In this document: piece after piece, positions 42,135 through 55,055 of the stretch
Layout of the letters: each line of letters begins with the position of its first letter
How positions within the stretch are numbered: position 1 is the first letter of the stretch
Source: Octopus vulgaris
Lineage: Eukaryota
Direction of reading: 5' to 3'
NCBI GenBank assembly: GCA_951406725.2
Contig: OX597818.1
Location: forward strand, 140,182,001 to 140,246,000
Length of the DNA: 64,000 nucleotides
Program-made: the position numbers and the translations under genes
Notes under the pieces: generated by a model
The model's database searches: none
What the model was told of the DNA's origin: nothing
The model's input: the letters and a program-made list of their open reading frames with translations, nothing else

Positions 42135-42550
42135 ACTGCACGAAGAATCCAAGTCTTTGAGCAAAAGTTCCTCACAAAGCTACTACACATCCCGTACACA
42201 GAACACGAAACGAACAGCTTTGTCAAACAACAATATAACTAATATTCTGGCAGACATGAACCACTTCTTGCGCAGGTAAAAAGACGGAAGATTACATGGT
42301 ACGGTCACGTATCGCACCAGAACTCGCGGTCCAAAACCATTCTTCATGGCATAGTTGATGAAGGGCAACAATGAGATGGGCAGAAAATCCTGTATCGACA
42401 AAATCAAAGGCTGGACAGGTCACAACACCAGGAAACTGCTACGCGAGGCAGAATAGAGACCATTAGTGACGGCTAATTGCAAATGCGTCTAGAGTGGCTC
42501 TCCAACGACTGGCTACATCAATTAAGAGATATTGATGATGACGATAATGA
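42135..42550 (+). mobile_element. RTE-clade LINE 3' fragment
   Basis: RIQVFEQKFLTKLLHIPYTEHETN...LLAQVKRRKITWYGHVS...KTILHGIV...IKGWTG, typical RTE C-terminus; (GAT)n-like tail. Confidence 0.85.
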
Positions 42551-44434
42551 TTGTTGTCATTATTGTTCTTACTGTTGTTATTGTAAATCCAAAGGTCAGT
42601 ACCGATTGGGCAGCCCAATTATCAAAGAGACACCAACATTTGTCACGTTTTTGTGATTAAGTCCCAGACCAAAGTTTGCTAGAGCACTTCCACGGTCAAA
42701 GGCATTGATGAACTTGACACTTGAGAACTATTATATTTCTTTAAATTATATGATGGGAAATAATCTAAAACTTTTGTTGCTATTCATAACACATCAAGCA
42801 CCCTAGTATACATTTCCTCATTCAATTTCCAAATGTGAATTGCGAATGATTCTGCACATTATCATTCTACTGCTATGTAGGACCACATTATTTAATATTT
42901 CCATATTCATGGTAGTTGGGCGTAATCTGATGAACATTTCAGTTCGAATTATGACAGATCGAGCAACTCTGCAGACACGCATCCCAGTCAGCTCTGATTT
43001 GTCATGTTACTGAAGGATTTGCAGTATTTTTCGACTCATTTTCATATATTATAAACTGCATTATACAAAGTGTTTGTAAGAAAGTAGGAAGTAAGTACTA
43101 TTTCTAACTGAGTAATACCGCAAAACAGAGACTGACTCGCTCGTGGAATTTATACTTTCAGCGTGGAGTTTATATTTTCAGTGTGAAAGTATAAATGGAT
43201 GGAATGTGATGCCGAAAGAGATAGCTTAAAATAGAATTAATAATACATACCATCATTGATCCGGTATCTTCATAAGTGATTATATGGAGCACTTTTGAAT
43301 AAGAATCACATAAAAATAAAACATTTCAAGAGTTTTAGGTGATTTGTGTAAAAATGAGGATTCTAATTAAATTATTGTATTTGTTTTATTCTTCATTTGG
43401 AATTTTAAACTAATCGTTAAATGTACTTTATGGTGATAGACATTGGATAAATTTTAATCTGTCAGGAGGAAAGGCAATACCCTTGGCTATTTACAGACCC
43501 CAGGACGGTAAGGAGAGTGAGAAGGTATCGTCAAAGTGGGTACTTGGCGAGAATACTTTTGACAGAATGGACCCCAATAAAGGCCCATCAAATGCCTGGT
43601 GATGGTATTAAATTGGGCAATGGGTTACTTCTAGTACCCAAGATTTGGGTTTACAAACCTTTTACAATTCTTTGATATTGGGCATCAGTATGTTAGATTG
43701 GAAATAGATTGCAAGATAATTTATAAACAAAAGATGCATTATTTTATGTCTTAAATTCATGCTTCGAACTATTTAAATGTACGTGATTAAGATATTGATG
43801 TCTAGTTCTATGATTTAACAATCTCAGTTTCGATTTGTCTATTTTCTCAATGTAGTACATGTTTTATGAAGACATCTTGATTTTATAGTAAAACGAAGAA
43901 CATAGAAAAAAGAACTATTGGAAAATTACTCTGTAATCAACATTCCAATTTTTGCCCCCCGATGAAAGTCTGTACATATAAAATGCATATCCAAAGTGAA
44001 CATACTCCGACGTTTAACGAGACATCAGAGAAGTCGCTCGCAATTTACATTCTGACTCCATGACAAACATTTTCCAAGCCTGAGATTCTTAAAATGCATA
44101 CAATGAAAATGTCCAGTAAGTATTTAAGTAGATTGACTAGAATTAAATATCTGACTCCATTAAAAAGCAGTTTTTACGAAACAGTCCTTAACGGGTGCTG
44201 TGAGTTTATGAGAGTCTGTCATGGAATCATATACATTTTATCGTCTTATCCGAACAAGATTGGGGTCTAATATGTTTAAGATTAGTGAAGACAGCGGTAA
44301 GCAAACACAGCCATGAAAAAATAGCAAAGCAATAATACTCATAATTTCCCTAACACCGTATGAAGGTCTTTCAAGTGTCGAATAGAATGCCTCGCAACAA
44401 CGTTGATTACATACTACGGGGATTGTTTTATAAT

Positions 44435-44631
44435 GCCATGATAGATCGTTAGCTCCTACACGCATTTTTTTCTCTCCTTGTTTGTTTTCTGTGTATCTTT
44501 CTCTCGAAGAGCGTAGGCTCGAAATGCAAAAGACTTGTTCTATTTCTATTCCTGAGCGCCATACTAATACATTTGTTTGTTTGTACTCCACCTGCCTTCG
44601 TCTTTTGTTTATTTTCGTAAACCTTCCCGTT
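44435..44631 (+). mobile_element. Family H1 HHR-like repeat, copy 4
   Basis: Match to 4475-4663; core CTCTCGA-A-GAGCGTAGGCTC-GAAATGC (degenerate); ends at (TA)n. Confidence 0.78.
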
Positions 44632-45037
44632 ATATATATATATATATATATTACTAGTCAAGTACTAGTGATGATCTAACCTTGCTCTTTCTTTATTTTC
44701 CGCTTTGAGAATAGACTAAATCTTAAAAGATGTAAGCATAAAAATATTCGATGGAAAGTACGGAAAATGTCATCTTATTCGACTCGATCATTCCACGACA
44801 AACAGATAGAGACTGTAATGTAACTCACCATGTGCATGCGTCGATCTAAGAGAGAAAAGGTAGGAGGTATTTTTACAATGACTCCGGAGAGAAAGAATTT
44901 TGAACATCGATGTGATTTGAACTGCAACTATAACAACAGCATGACCAAATGTCGCAAAGAATTTTATCCTGTCAAATACTGCAAGATATTTATTTAATCC
45001 AATTGTTTGATTTTAGGTTCTGATTACACGATAACAA

Positions 45038-45272
45038 AAGGCGACGAGCTGGCGGAAACGTTAGCACGCCGGGCGAAATGCATAACCGTACTTCGTCTGC
45101 CGATACGTTCTGAGTTCAAATTCCGCCGAGGATGACTTTGCCTTTCATCCTTTCGGGGTCGATAAATTAAGTACCAGTTATGCACTGGAGTCGATGTAAT
45201 CGACTTAATCTGTTTGTCTGTCCTTTTTTGTCCTCTCTGTGTTTAGCCCATAGTGGGTAGTAAAGAAATAGA
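45038..45272 (+). mobile_element. SINE family A
   Basis: Full-length; GATAACAAAAG flanks both ends (TSD-like). Confidence 0.92.
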
Positions 45273-45735
45273 TAACAAAAGTTCTCTTTACTACTGTCCT
45301 TGCCTTTGTTCGATAGAAAGGAAATGTAAAGCTGCAGTTTACTGTAGGATGGAGAGTGATTGAATTGATAGAGTACATGAATGGTACAAATTATATCGAC
45401 ATCCAAACGAAGAAAAGTAGACGACGTGACATGGATTTGAACTTAGAGTGTCTAGAAGCATAATTCACTACTGCAGGCATATTGTTTGGGGTACTATCGA
45501 TTCTAAATAAGCGGTTACAATATATTTCGGAATTTTAATCTAGATAACACAGGAGGGATCTGACATACACGTCTATATATATCTAGAACCAAACCAGAGG
45601 GGGTTTTTCTTGATGCCTCTGTCAATATTTTCAATTCCATTCACCATAGTCCAAGATTTGATCATAAGATTCTAAGTATGTTATACCTATATTGCCTAAA
45701 GACGTCTTTCTATATAGTATAAAAGAAGAAATATG

Positions 45736-45821
<86 letters not shown>

Positions 45822-46429
45822 TGGCACCGAACGTTAAATACATTATTGGTTTTTATTTAGAACATCATTTATTTTTTTACTAGACAGAAGGGTAAATCTT
45901 TGTTGGAAAGAATTATAAATGCTTTGAATCGATCCAGTGTAATATTGGTACTTATATTTTCTGGAAGCATAACAGATGAATACAATCACAGCTTGACATT
46001 AAGTGAGTAATATGTGTCTAGTATCTAAAAAATATATCAACAGTAGCCAGGAGGCTTTAAGTTAATTGCACCACGGTGAAATAAAATAAAATAATCAGAA
46101 TGAAATTGAAAAGTCTCTAGAACGCTGTCGGACCAAATGCTACCGGTCTTTCTAATTAAGAATATATTTAAGCGATTGAACTAAAGCTCGCTTCGTAACC
46201 ACAACGTTCTAAGCTCGATCCCACTGCGTGGAATCTTGGGTTACATGTAGCTTTATTTATTCTCAATTCGCTTCATACACTGTGAATGAAATTGAGTAGA
46301 TGGAACAAAGTATAAATCCCACAACTATATGCATGAAAATACATACGTAAAAGAAAATATACAAATTTGCACATGCACTAACTCCAAATACTACGCATTT
46401 ACACACGTACATGCAAAAATACCATTTTC

Positions 46430-46990
46430 TTGTTCTTCAAATTCCAAGGAGCCTTGGATCTAGGTTAGAAAATGGCTTTTTAACTACTAGCAAGAAATCT
46501 TGACATAATACTAAATAACATACATACATAAGAGAAAAGAGAATACCGATGTTGAACTATTGAGATATCTGGAGTTACTTTAGTTAGATTACAAGTTCAG
46601 GTTTGTACTTGTAATTATTGGGGCAGTGGAATATGTAACACACTGCCTCAATACCAATCTTGACAATTTAGGCTTCTCAATACCAGAAGGGAGAAAGCTG
46701 ATTCGAAGACTACAGATCCAATCCACTACTGGAACTGTAAAATAATCTGTAAAACTTTCCAGAAGTTTATCATTTAAGTATATATGAGCATGTCTAGATA
46801 TGCAACTATACATATGAGAATGCATACATGAAACAAAACATACAAATCTGCACATACATACATACATACAATAATACCTTGTTGCTGATGTTCAAATTCA
46901 AATGAGGAGCCATGTATCTAGGTTAGAAACCGTCTCTTTAATGGCAAAGAATCGTAAAGTAAAACTGTTTAATGGCATACATACATACGT
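46430..46990 (+). repeat. ~100-bp degenerate direct repeats flanking a ~350-bp spacer
   Basis: CTTGTT..CAAATTC..GGAGCC.TG.ATCTAGGTTAGAAA at ~46430-46530 and ~46878-46990, each ending in (CATA)n. Confidence 0.65.
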
Positions 46991-47074
46991 ACATCAATCT
47001 GTGTGTGTGAATATAGAGACAAAGTGGATGTAAGAAATAAAAAGAATAAAGAAGGATTGCGAGAATATTGGCTT

Positions 47075-47420
47075 CAGATTTTGGTACAGGGCCAGCAGTT
47101 TCTGGGAGGAGTAAGTCTTTTTCATCGACTGATTCAGCTCAGCTAGCAATTATTTTATTCATCCTGAAAGCAGAATTTGAACTCAGAACGTAATGACGGA
47201 CGAAATACCTATTTCTTTACTACCCACAAGGGGCTAAACACAGAGGAGACAAACAAGGACAGACAAACGGATTAAGTCGATTACATCGACCCAGTGCGTA
47301 ACTGGTACTTATATAATCGACCCCGAAAGGATGAAAGGCAAAGTCGACCTAATATGACGGACAAAATACCGCTAAGCATTTTGCCCGGCATGTTAACCAT
47401 ACTAGCAACTCAGTGCCTTA
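47075..47420 (-). mobile_element. SINE family A cluster/dimer
   Basis: Same dimer junction at ~47205; family-A core. Confidence 0.82.
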
Positions 47421-48420
47421 TTGCGTGTGAAAATATTAAACGTATCCCTGTGCTTTCCTTTCTATGCTCCCTTTAGACTTACTTCACTTGACTGACTGAT
47501 TCTCTTCCCCTCCCACCCTTAGATAACAAGAATATCCTGCGTGGAAGAAAATAAACCACACGTACAGTTATGGAAGCCACTAATGCTAAAAATAATTGTA
47601 TCGTTGTTTTTCTTTAACGCCTATATTTATGTCACCCAACCCTAAAATCTATAAAAAACTATTTCAGTCATGTAAAGTTTTGTACTTACTCTATCACCCA
47701 TACCATCACTAGTTTTCTTAGATTTTTGTGTTTATTTACTGTCTTTAGCGTTAACTAAACAACGCTACATTTGTGTAAAATTAGAAACAAGTCCCCTGTT
47801 GCTAAGTGGCAACGTGTCTTGGACTACCTTCTCTGTGACATATATCGTTAACAATTCATCTGTCTCACTAATTATGATAAAGTCCGTAAAGATAAGGTCG
47901 GATGGAATTTAAAGTACTAATATGGTTTTCCATTTTTATGTTTATAGTATAAATATATTTTACAATTATCTTCGATAGATATATAGTTTCAGTTTTCAAT
48001 TTGGGAAGAAAGGGGTAAGCTTATCTTGTAAATTATGGATTTCACAGGTGTGGAAATGAGCCAGTTCAAAAACCCCTGCTGTGACATAACAGGACCCAGC
48101 GGTGCAAGCAATGCTACAATCATAAACACACAAACGGATGCCCACATAGACGTGCTTGTGTGTATGTGTGTGCGTGTGTTTGTGTGTGTGTGTGTGTGTG
48201 ATTGTATCCATTAATCTATGTATTTTGTTCTTTCTCGATTGCTATGTATCCAATTCATGCATGCATTCACACACATTCACAGAAACACACACACACATAC
48301 ACTCGCGCCCATATACACATAGTCACACACGCATGAACACATAAATTACATGGACACACGCACACACACACATATATATATTTATATATATATATATACA
48401 TATATATATATACACATATA

Positions 48421-48468
48421 GATTGATAGATAGATAGACAGAGAGAGAGAGGGATAAATAGATAGATG

Positions 48469-48510
<42 letters not shown>

Positions 48511-48522
48511 TAGATAGATAGC

Positions 48523-48595
<73 letters not shown>

Positions 48596-48604
48596 TAGAT
48601 AGAT
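48421..48604. repeat. (GATA)n/(GACA)n microsatellite
   Basis: Direct repeat. Confidence 0.95.
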
Positions 48605-49487
48605 GCATATATATATGTACCCACACGCACGTACACAAATATACACGCACTGTCACACACAAAATTATAACTTTAATGCTACCGTAGTTATTCACCGTCC
48701 TCATAACACTAAATCACACAGAACCCACTCGTTATCAAAACAACCAAAGTTTCTTTCACGGCAAAAATGAATACATTATTCAGAAATACATTACTCAATA
48801 CCCATTTACGTTGCATTCCATCGTACTATATTACGTCTCTTACTTCTCCACATCATATCATGTACATTTATGTATCTGTGTACGGTTGGAAGACTACACT
48901 TTATAATTGGTTATTACTTTTGTGGTTCGGTGCTCGGAGTTCGTAAAGATTTCCATTATACATAGTACAGTTCACTGAACCTAAACATCTGGTTTTGTTA
49001 TATCTTCAGTACAGAGCGGTTTATGTTTTTCCTTTGTGTGTGGTTAAATCTGTCATATGTATAATTTGCAATAAGCTCTGGGAACTATGGTGGTTAAGTG
49101 TAGAGGCCTGAACCTAAGTGTGATATTAAAGCTTAATCTTTCTGTAATGTTTGAGGTTGTTCTAAGTATGGTTCGTCTTGGCTCTGTGAGGTGCTACTGC
49201 ATTGGTATATTTGCTGGAATAAAGAATTGATGTGTAAATGTGCAGTTTTTTAGATTCTGCAAGTTTGATATAGATGGAACGCGAAGTAGACAGTGCTATG
49301 AGTTCTATAGTGTCTACGAAATTCGGATGAGTGTTTCTTTCCTTGAGTCTTTAATACTTGAAGGGGGCCTAATTACTTCATCGCTAAATACAGGGTGCCT
49401 TGGGTATTTTAAACCTAGTGCCGACTTTTCCTTTCCAGATATGAATATAGTCAAATTATTCGAAAGATAAAAATAAAAAACGGCGAG

Positions 49488-49560
<73 letters not shown>

Positions 49561-49599
49561 TTTGGACGGATCGATAGGAGGTTCAATGCGGAGGAGAAT

Positions 49600-49870
49600 G
49601 TTTTTGGTAAGACAATGCGCCGCGACTTGGGCCACTATTACTAAGTGAACTTGCCTTGATAGAAACTCTATTGAAGCCTGTAGGTTAGATTTACCTGTAA
49701 TTCAAATGCACAACCCTGTCACGTTGTGTCACGTTGACCTGCCTGAGAATTGTGGTAAACGTAAAAGTGCCAGTACTACAGGAGCCTCTTACATTCTAAT
49801 TCCATGAGCAGGTAATTCAGTTGATCCAACGATTGAATACTCCTCTTCGAAACCAGTGTAGAACCATCGA
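49600..49870 (+). mobile_element. Old SINE: family-C-like body joined to tail type 2
   Basis: GTGAACTTG..GATAGAAACT..GAAGCC then ACCTGTAATTCAAA..TGTCAC..TGTGTCACG..GAGAA..ATGAGCAGG..GTTGATC. Confidence 0.5.
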
Positions 49871-49939
49871 AACATATGCAATTAAATACGAATAAATATA
49901 TATGTTTCAATATTTATACGTACACTCATACATTCATAT

Positions 49940-50016
<77 letters not shown>

Positions 50017-50381
50017 ATGTGTGTATCTAACAGTAAATAAGATATAGTTATAAAGTATTTTTAATTTCCTTTTACATCTTTAGGTTCTCACCTTTGAAAC
50101 TATATATTCCCCTATCAGAAAGTAACCGACTACCTTTGATAGTTGATAGAGTTATAGACTAAACCTGACATAAAAGGGGGCCTTATTGATTTCGTCTTTA
50201 TATTTCGGTATGCGCTGAGGGGCATCTTAAATTTCCAGCTACACACGATAGTGTAGCAATACAACAAAGGTAAGCAAATCTAAATTCGTTAACGAATTTT
50301 TTTTCTTTTTCCTCTTTATAGGATAACTATCCGTGTGCGTGATATTTCTAATATCCAGATTTATATCTAGGTATTTTTCTC

Positions 50382-50427
<46 letters not shown>

Positions 50428-50510
50428 AATTTATGTATGTATGTTTCTATGTATGTATGCATGTATATACATATATATAAACGTGCGTGTGCACATCTCT
50501 CTCTCTCTCT

Positions 50511-50618
<108 letters not shown>

Positions 50619-50779
50619 AGAGAGAGAGAGAGATAGTGACTGAGAGTGGAAAAGCGAGTGTGATCAAGAAAGATAGATAGAACTGATTAATATATAGGAT
50701 TTATATCTTATATTTATTATATTTGTATGTATGAGAGGTATGTGCGTGCGTGTGGACATATATATATATATACATATAC

Positions 50780-50812
<33 letters not shown>

Positions 50813-50813
50813 G

Positions 50814-50845
<32 letters not shown>

Positions 50846-50941
50846 GCATATTTGTGTGTGTATAGATATGTCTATATATATATATATATATATATACATA
50901 AATATATATATTTATAAATACATATATATATATATATATGC

Positions 50942-50985
<44 letters not shown>

Positions 50986-50990
50986 GTATG

Positions 50991-51074
<84 letters not shown>

Positions 51075-51161
51075 CATATATTTATATATACATATATATT
51101 ATGCATGTATGTATTTACATACATTTCATAGATATGCAATATGTATTTATATATATGTAAT

Positions 51162-51198
<37 letters not shown>

Positions 51199-51253
51199 AA
51201 CTCATGACCAGAAAGAGAGAGTGGGAAACTAGGATTTGTTAATACACGCGTAA

Positions 51254-51291
<38 letters not shown>

Positions 51292-51861
51292 TGCGCTTAA
51301 ATGTGTAAATATCAGCGATGACTCATTCGCACCACAACAAAACACATATATGCATGCACACACTACATACTATATGTCTTCGTAGATATGTAAACATCGG
51401 ATGCAAACATATACGAAAAGTGCAGAAAGAAAAGAATCGGCGGTTAAATGAATACGCTGTGTAACTGAAGACCAGTTTCAAACACCGATATATGTGAGTA
51501 GAAATTGTTACTCAGCTAAATAAACATCTATTGCAAGTATTCCGTGCTGTTTCGCCTCTGTAAACTACACTAGATATTGCTGTTAAGCTATGTCTGAGAC
51601 AAGGTGACTAAATCTTTGGAAATGATCATCACATTAGTCGTTGGGGAGAGGATGGGTTTCTCTAGCTCGTCTGTTTACTCATATATGTTCAATACTTCTA
51701 TATCCAGAGTTTGGTATTGTTTTATTGTGTTATGATAGCAGTCAGAAAACAGCATGTACAGTGACAGTAAAGATACTTAGAGGGTGAAAATTATTAAAAA
51801 ATCTGGTCCTACTTTTGGAAAATATGTGTTTAAAATTTCAATATATAGGTATATACTGATA

Positions 51862-52249
51862 TAAGGAAGCACTCCGTCGGTTACGACGACGAGGGTTCCG
51901 GTTGATCCGAATCAACGGAACAGCCTGCTCGTGAAATTAACGTGTAAGTAGCTGAGCACTCCACAGACACGTGTACCCTTAACGTAGTTCTCGGGGATAT
52001 TCAGCGTGACACAGAATGTTACAAGACTGGCCCCTTTGAAATACAGGTACAACAGAAACAGGAAGTAAGAGTGAGAGGAAGTTGTGGTGAAAGAGTACAG
52101 CAGGGATTACTACCATCCCCTGCCGGAGCCTCGTGGAGCTTTAGGTGTTTTCGCTCAATAAACACTCACAACGCCCGGTCTGGGAATCGAAACCGCGATA
52201 CTATGATCACGAGTCCGCTGCCCTAACCACTGGGCCATTGCGCCTCCAC
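51862..52249 (-). mobile_element. SINE family B, tail type 2
   Basis: Reverse complement of 61410-61796; TSD ATACTGATA at 51853-51861 and 52250-52258. Confidence 0.92.
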
Positions 52250-53110
52250 ATACTGATACAAAAGCAATGTATAACAATATTCAGGAAATTACGTATTTAT
52301 TCTTATATTGTTGTACACGTTTCAGTCAATGAACTGCAGGCATCCGGCTGCTGGATCAACACTGGTCGCCAGGCAGTGTGGGGAAAACACAAACGCGCGC
52401 GCCCACACTTACATACAAACACACGGATATTCGCACACCAAAAGACACAAACACACACATACACGCACATTTATATTTGTGAAAGCTTCCATACAGTTTT
52501 CGTCAATCAGATACGCTTACAAAGCATTGGTCTCCAGAGCCTGTAGTTAGAATCTCTGGCTATAGTGCTGTACGTTGAGACTAAACCCGAAACCAGGTGG
52601 TTGAGGAACGAACTTCTGAAACACATAACCATAACCATGACTGTCGGCATGCTATCATTTTCTTTGTTCAATAAACAAAAATCAACATGGATTGTAAAGT
52701 TACATATTTCTTCGAAGTTTGTATATAATGGCAAGCCATAAAACTGCAAATATTCTAGTCATCTGCAAAACAAGAATATTACATTCAACATTGAACAGTA
52801 CATCTGGTGCTATCGTATCATACGTTTAAGTATATAAGTATGCATATATACGCACATATACGTAAATATATATAAAGTCAATACTTGTATTTTTAATTGC
52901 ATTATATATATATATACATACATATGTATATATGTATATATATATGTGTGTGTGTGTGTCTCTGTTTGTGTGTGTGTGTGTGTGTGTGTACATATATGAT
53001 ATGCATATTGTATATGGAAAAACCATGATATGATATGCATATTGTATATGGGAAAAACATTAAATAGATATTCGCAAACAGGTCTCTCCAATCGAAAACC
53101 GGTGATTACC

Positions 53111-53153
53111 GTACGTTGACGAGAGGCAAAAATCTCGAAACTATAGTCCGTAT
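53111..53153 (+). ncRNA. Minimal type I hammerhead ribozyme motif (C3U variant) at the tip of a long hairpin
   Basis: GTACG-TTGACGA-GAGG caaaaa TCTC-GAAA-CTATAG-TC-CGTAT; all three stems pair, GUC cleavage triplet. Confidence 0.7.
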
Positions 53154-53316
53154 GTATCACTTAGGTTTTCGAGAGAGGATAACTTCCCTTTGCGAATATC
53201 AGAGGGACACAGAAAGTGTGTCTAAAGCCAGCTGGAGACGATGATCTCCTGGGGCTAAAAGCTTCAGTAACACCCACCCCCAGTGGCTAGTACACTTTAT
53301 GTTATATATGTATGTA

Positions 53317-53813
53317 TTTATAAATAAGGATAATATCGATATTATCAAGTGGCCAGCATGGGAATAAATACCATATAAAAGTAATAATTTTTTTACAACT
53401 ATATATAAAGGTATCTGAGAGACACCACCATGCCGAAATAGCAGTCCAACCCTGATTCTAAAAACCACCTAAAATGTTCATATCGCACCATGAGATACGA
53501 CAGAGAGACAAAATAAACTAGCAAAAAAATATTACTGGATAATTCAAGATCCTGGATTTCTAGCTTTGCTTCAAATAAGCTCTGCCTTCATCAGTTGAAT
53601 ATTCATATACCATCTGGTATATTCAACTGGTAAAAGCAGAGCGTATTTGAAGCAAAGCTAGAAATCTAGGATCTTGAATTATTCAGTAATATTTTTTGGC
53701 TAGTTTATTTTGTCTCTCTGTCTTATCTCATGCTGCGATATGAACATTTTTATGTGGTTTTTAGAGTCAGGGTTTGACTGTTATTTCGGCATATAGTGGT
53801 GTCTCTCAGATAC

Positions 53814-53819
<6 letters not shown>
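53317..53819. mobile_element. Family H2 fold-back: two inverted ~200-bp arms, each with an HHR motif
   Basis: 53405-53602 is the reverse complement of ~53619-53817; centre ATATACCA-TC-TGGTATAT. Confidence 0.88.
53542..53600 (-). ncRNA. Type I hammerhead ribozyme-like motif
   Basis: Reverse complement ATTCAA-CTGATGA-aggcagAGCTT..AAGCTa-GAAA-TCCAGGA-TC-TTGAAT; perfect 6-bp stem I. Confidence 0.62.
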
Positions 53820-53887
<68 letters not shown>

Positions 53888-53889
<2 letters not shown>

Positions 53890-54204
53890 GATATACTTGG
53901 AATGACCAATTTTAAATCATATTGGATTTTATTCACAAGCTATTGGAATCTTATTTGTATACAATTCTTCCTAAATAATGGATCTACAAATGCATTATCT
54001 CTGCATATCTCACATCTATTTTCTTTCCTACACTTCACTTCTATTTTGCATCATATCTAAATTAAATATTGCTTAACCATTTTCTCAGACCGTCCCCGAT
54101 GAAGTAATATAATAAACATCCTGGAAACAGCTGTAAGACCTTCTATTTATAAATGTTCGAAAATCTTCAGACACTTGGGTTTTTTTATCTCATTCCGAAA
54201 AAAG

Positions 54205-54207
<3 letters not shown>
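53888..54207 (+). mobile_element. PLE 3' fragment with HHR-like motif at 54092-54139
   Basis: GTCC-CCGATGA-..-GAAA-CAGCTG-TA-AGAC (palindromic stem III, U4C, weak stem II); upstream HKLLES-like GIY-YIG C-terminal trace; bounded by (TA)n on both sides. Confidence 0.6.
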
Positions 54208-54261
<54 letters not shown>

Positions 54262-54273
<12 letters not shown>

Positions 54274-54935
54274 ATAAATGGCACAACGAAGTACCGATAT
54301 TTACTGGAAAATAGCGAACGTAATAAATACGACGCTAATGTATAGCTTCACTGCGTATGTACAAGTAAAGATTCGTGTGTGCAACAAACATGGAAAAAAT
54401 TGTCTTACCTCTAGGAAGAACATCTGAAAAATGATTTTATATGTGTAATTTTACCCTCACGGGCTATCCTTTACTGGAAAGCAATACTCTCGTATTGCAT
54501 TACTATTTTCATTGAAACCTCTTCACTGTTCTCGTTCTGTTAACGTTTTGGCGTTCAGACGAGTGTACTGGTATAGATGTGGCAACATTTGAAATAGTGT
54601 CGAGGTATATGCAACTGATGAAGATAAGTCAAATATACGTTGGCAAACGTATTTTGAAGAATCTGAAACCGGTACTGCATTATCCGTTTCTAGGTTTTTC
54701 ATTTTTCAGATGTTCTTCCTAGAGGTATGACAATTTTTTTCATGTTTGTTGCACACACGCATCTTTACTAGTACATACGCAGTGAAGCTATACATTAGCA
54801 TCGTATTCATTAGGTTCGCTATTTTCCAGTAAATATCGGTACTTCGTTGTGCCCTTTATTTACTTTTATATGTATAATTTTACCCTCACGGGCTATCCTT
54901 TACTAGAAAGCAATACTCTCGTATTGCATTACTAT

Positions 54936-54940
<5 letters not shown>
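54262..54940 (+). mobile_element. Retrozyme/PLE-like non-coding element: inverted 5' segment + 77-bp terminal direct repeats + HHR
   Basis: 54262-54434 is the reverse complement of 54699-54870; 54435-54511 repeats at 54864-54940; flanked by (TA)n. Confidence 0.85.
54609..54680 (+). ncRNA. Type I hammerhead ribozyme, canonical core
   Basis: ATGCAA-CTGATGA-AGAT(aagTCAAATATACGTT ggca AACGTATTTTGAaga)ATCT-GAAA-CCGG-TA-CTGCAT; palindromic ACCGGT stem III, GUA site. Confidence 0.78.
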
Positions 54941-54986
<46 letters not shown>

Positions 54987-55055
54987 TGTAACATATATAA
55001 CACATGCATTGCATTTACCAATATATCCATCAATATTGTGTGTGTGTGTTTGTGT

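Noticed and set aside
48048-48150. Exon candidate encoding VEMSQFKNPCCDITG
   Set aside because: Weak pyrimidine tract and no convincing donor site
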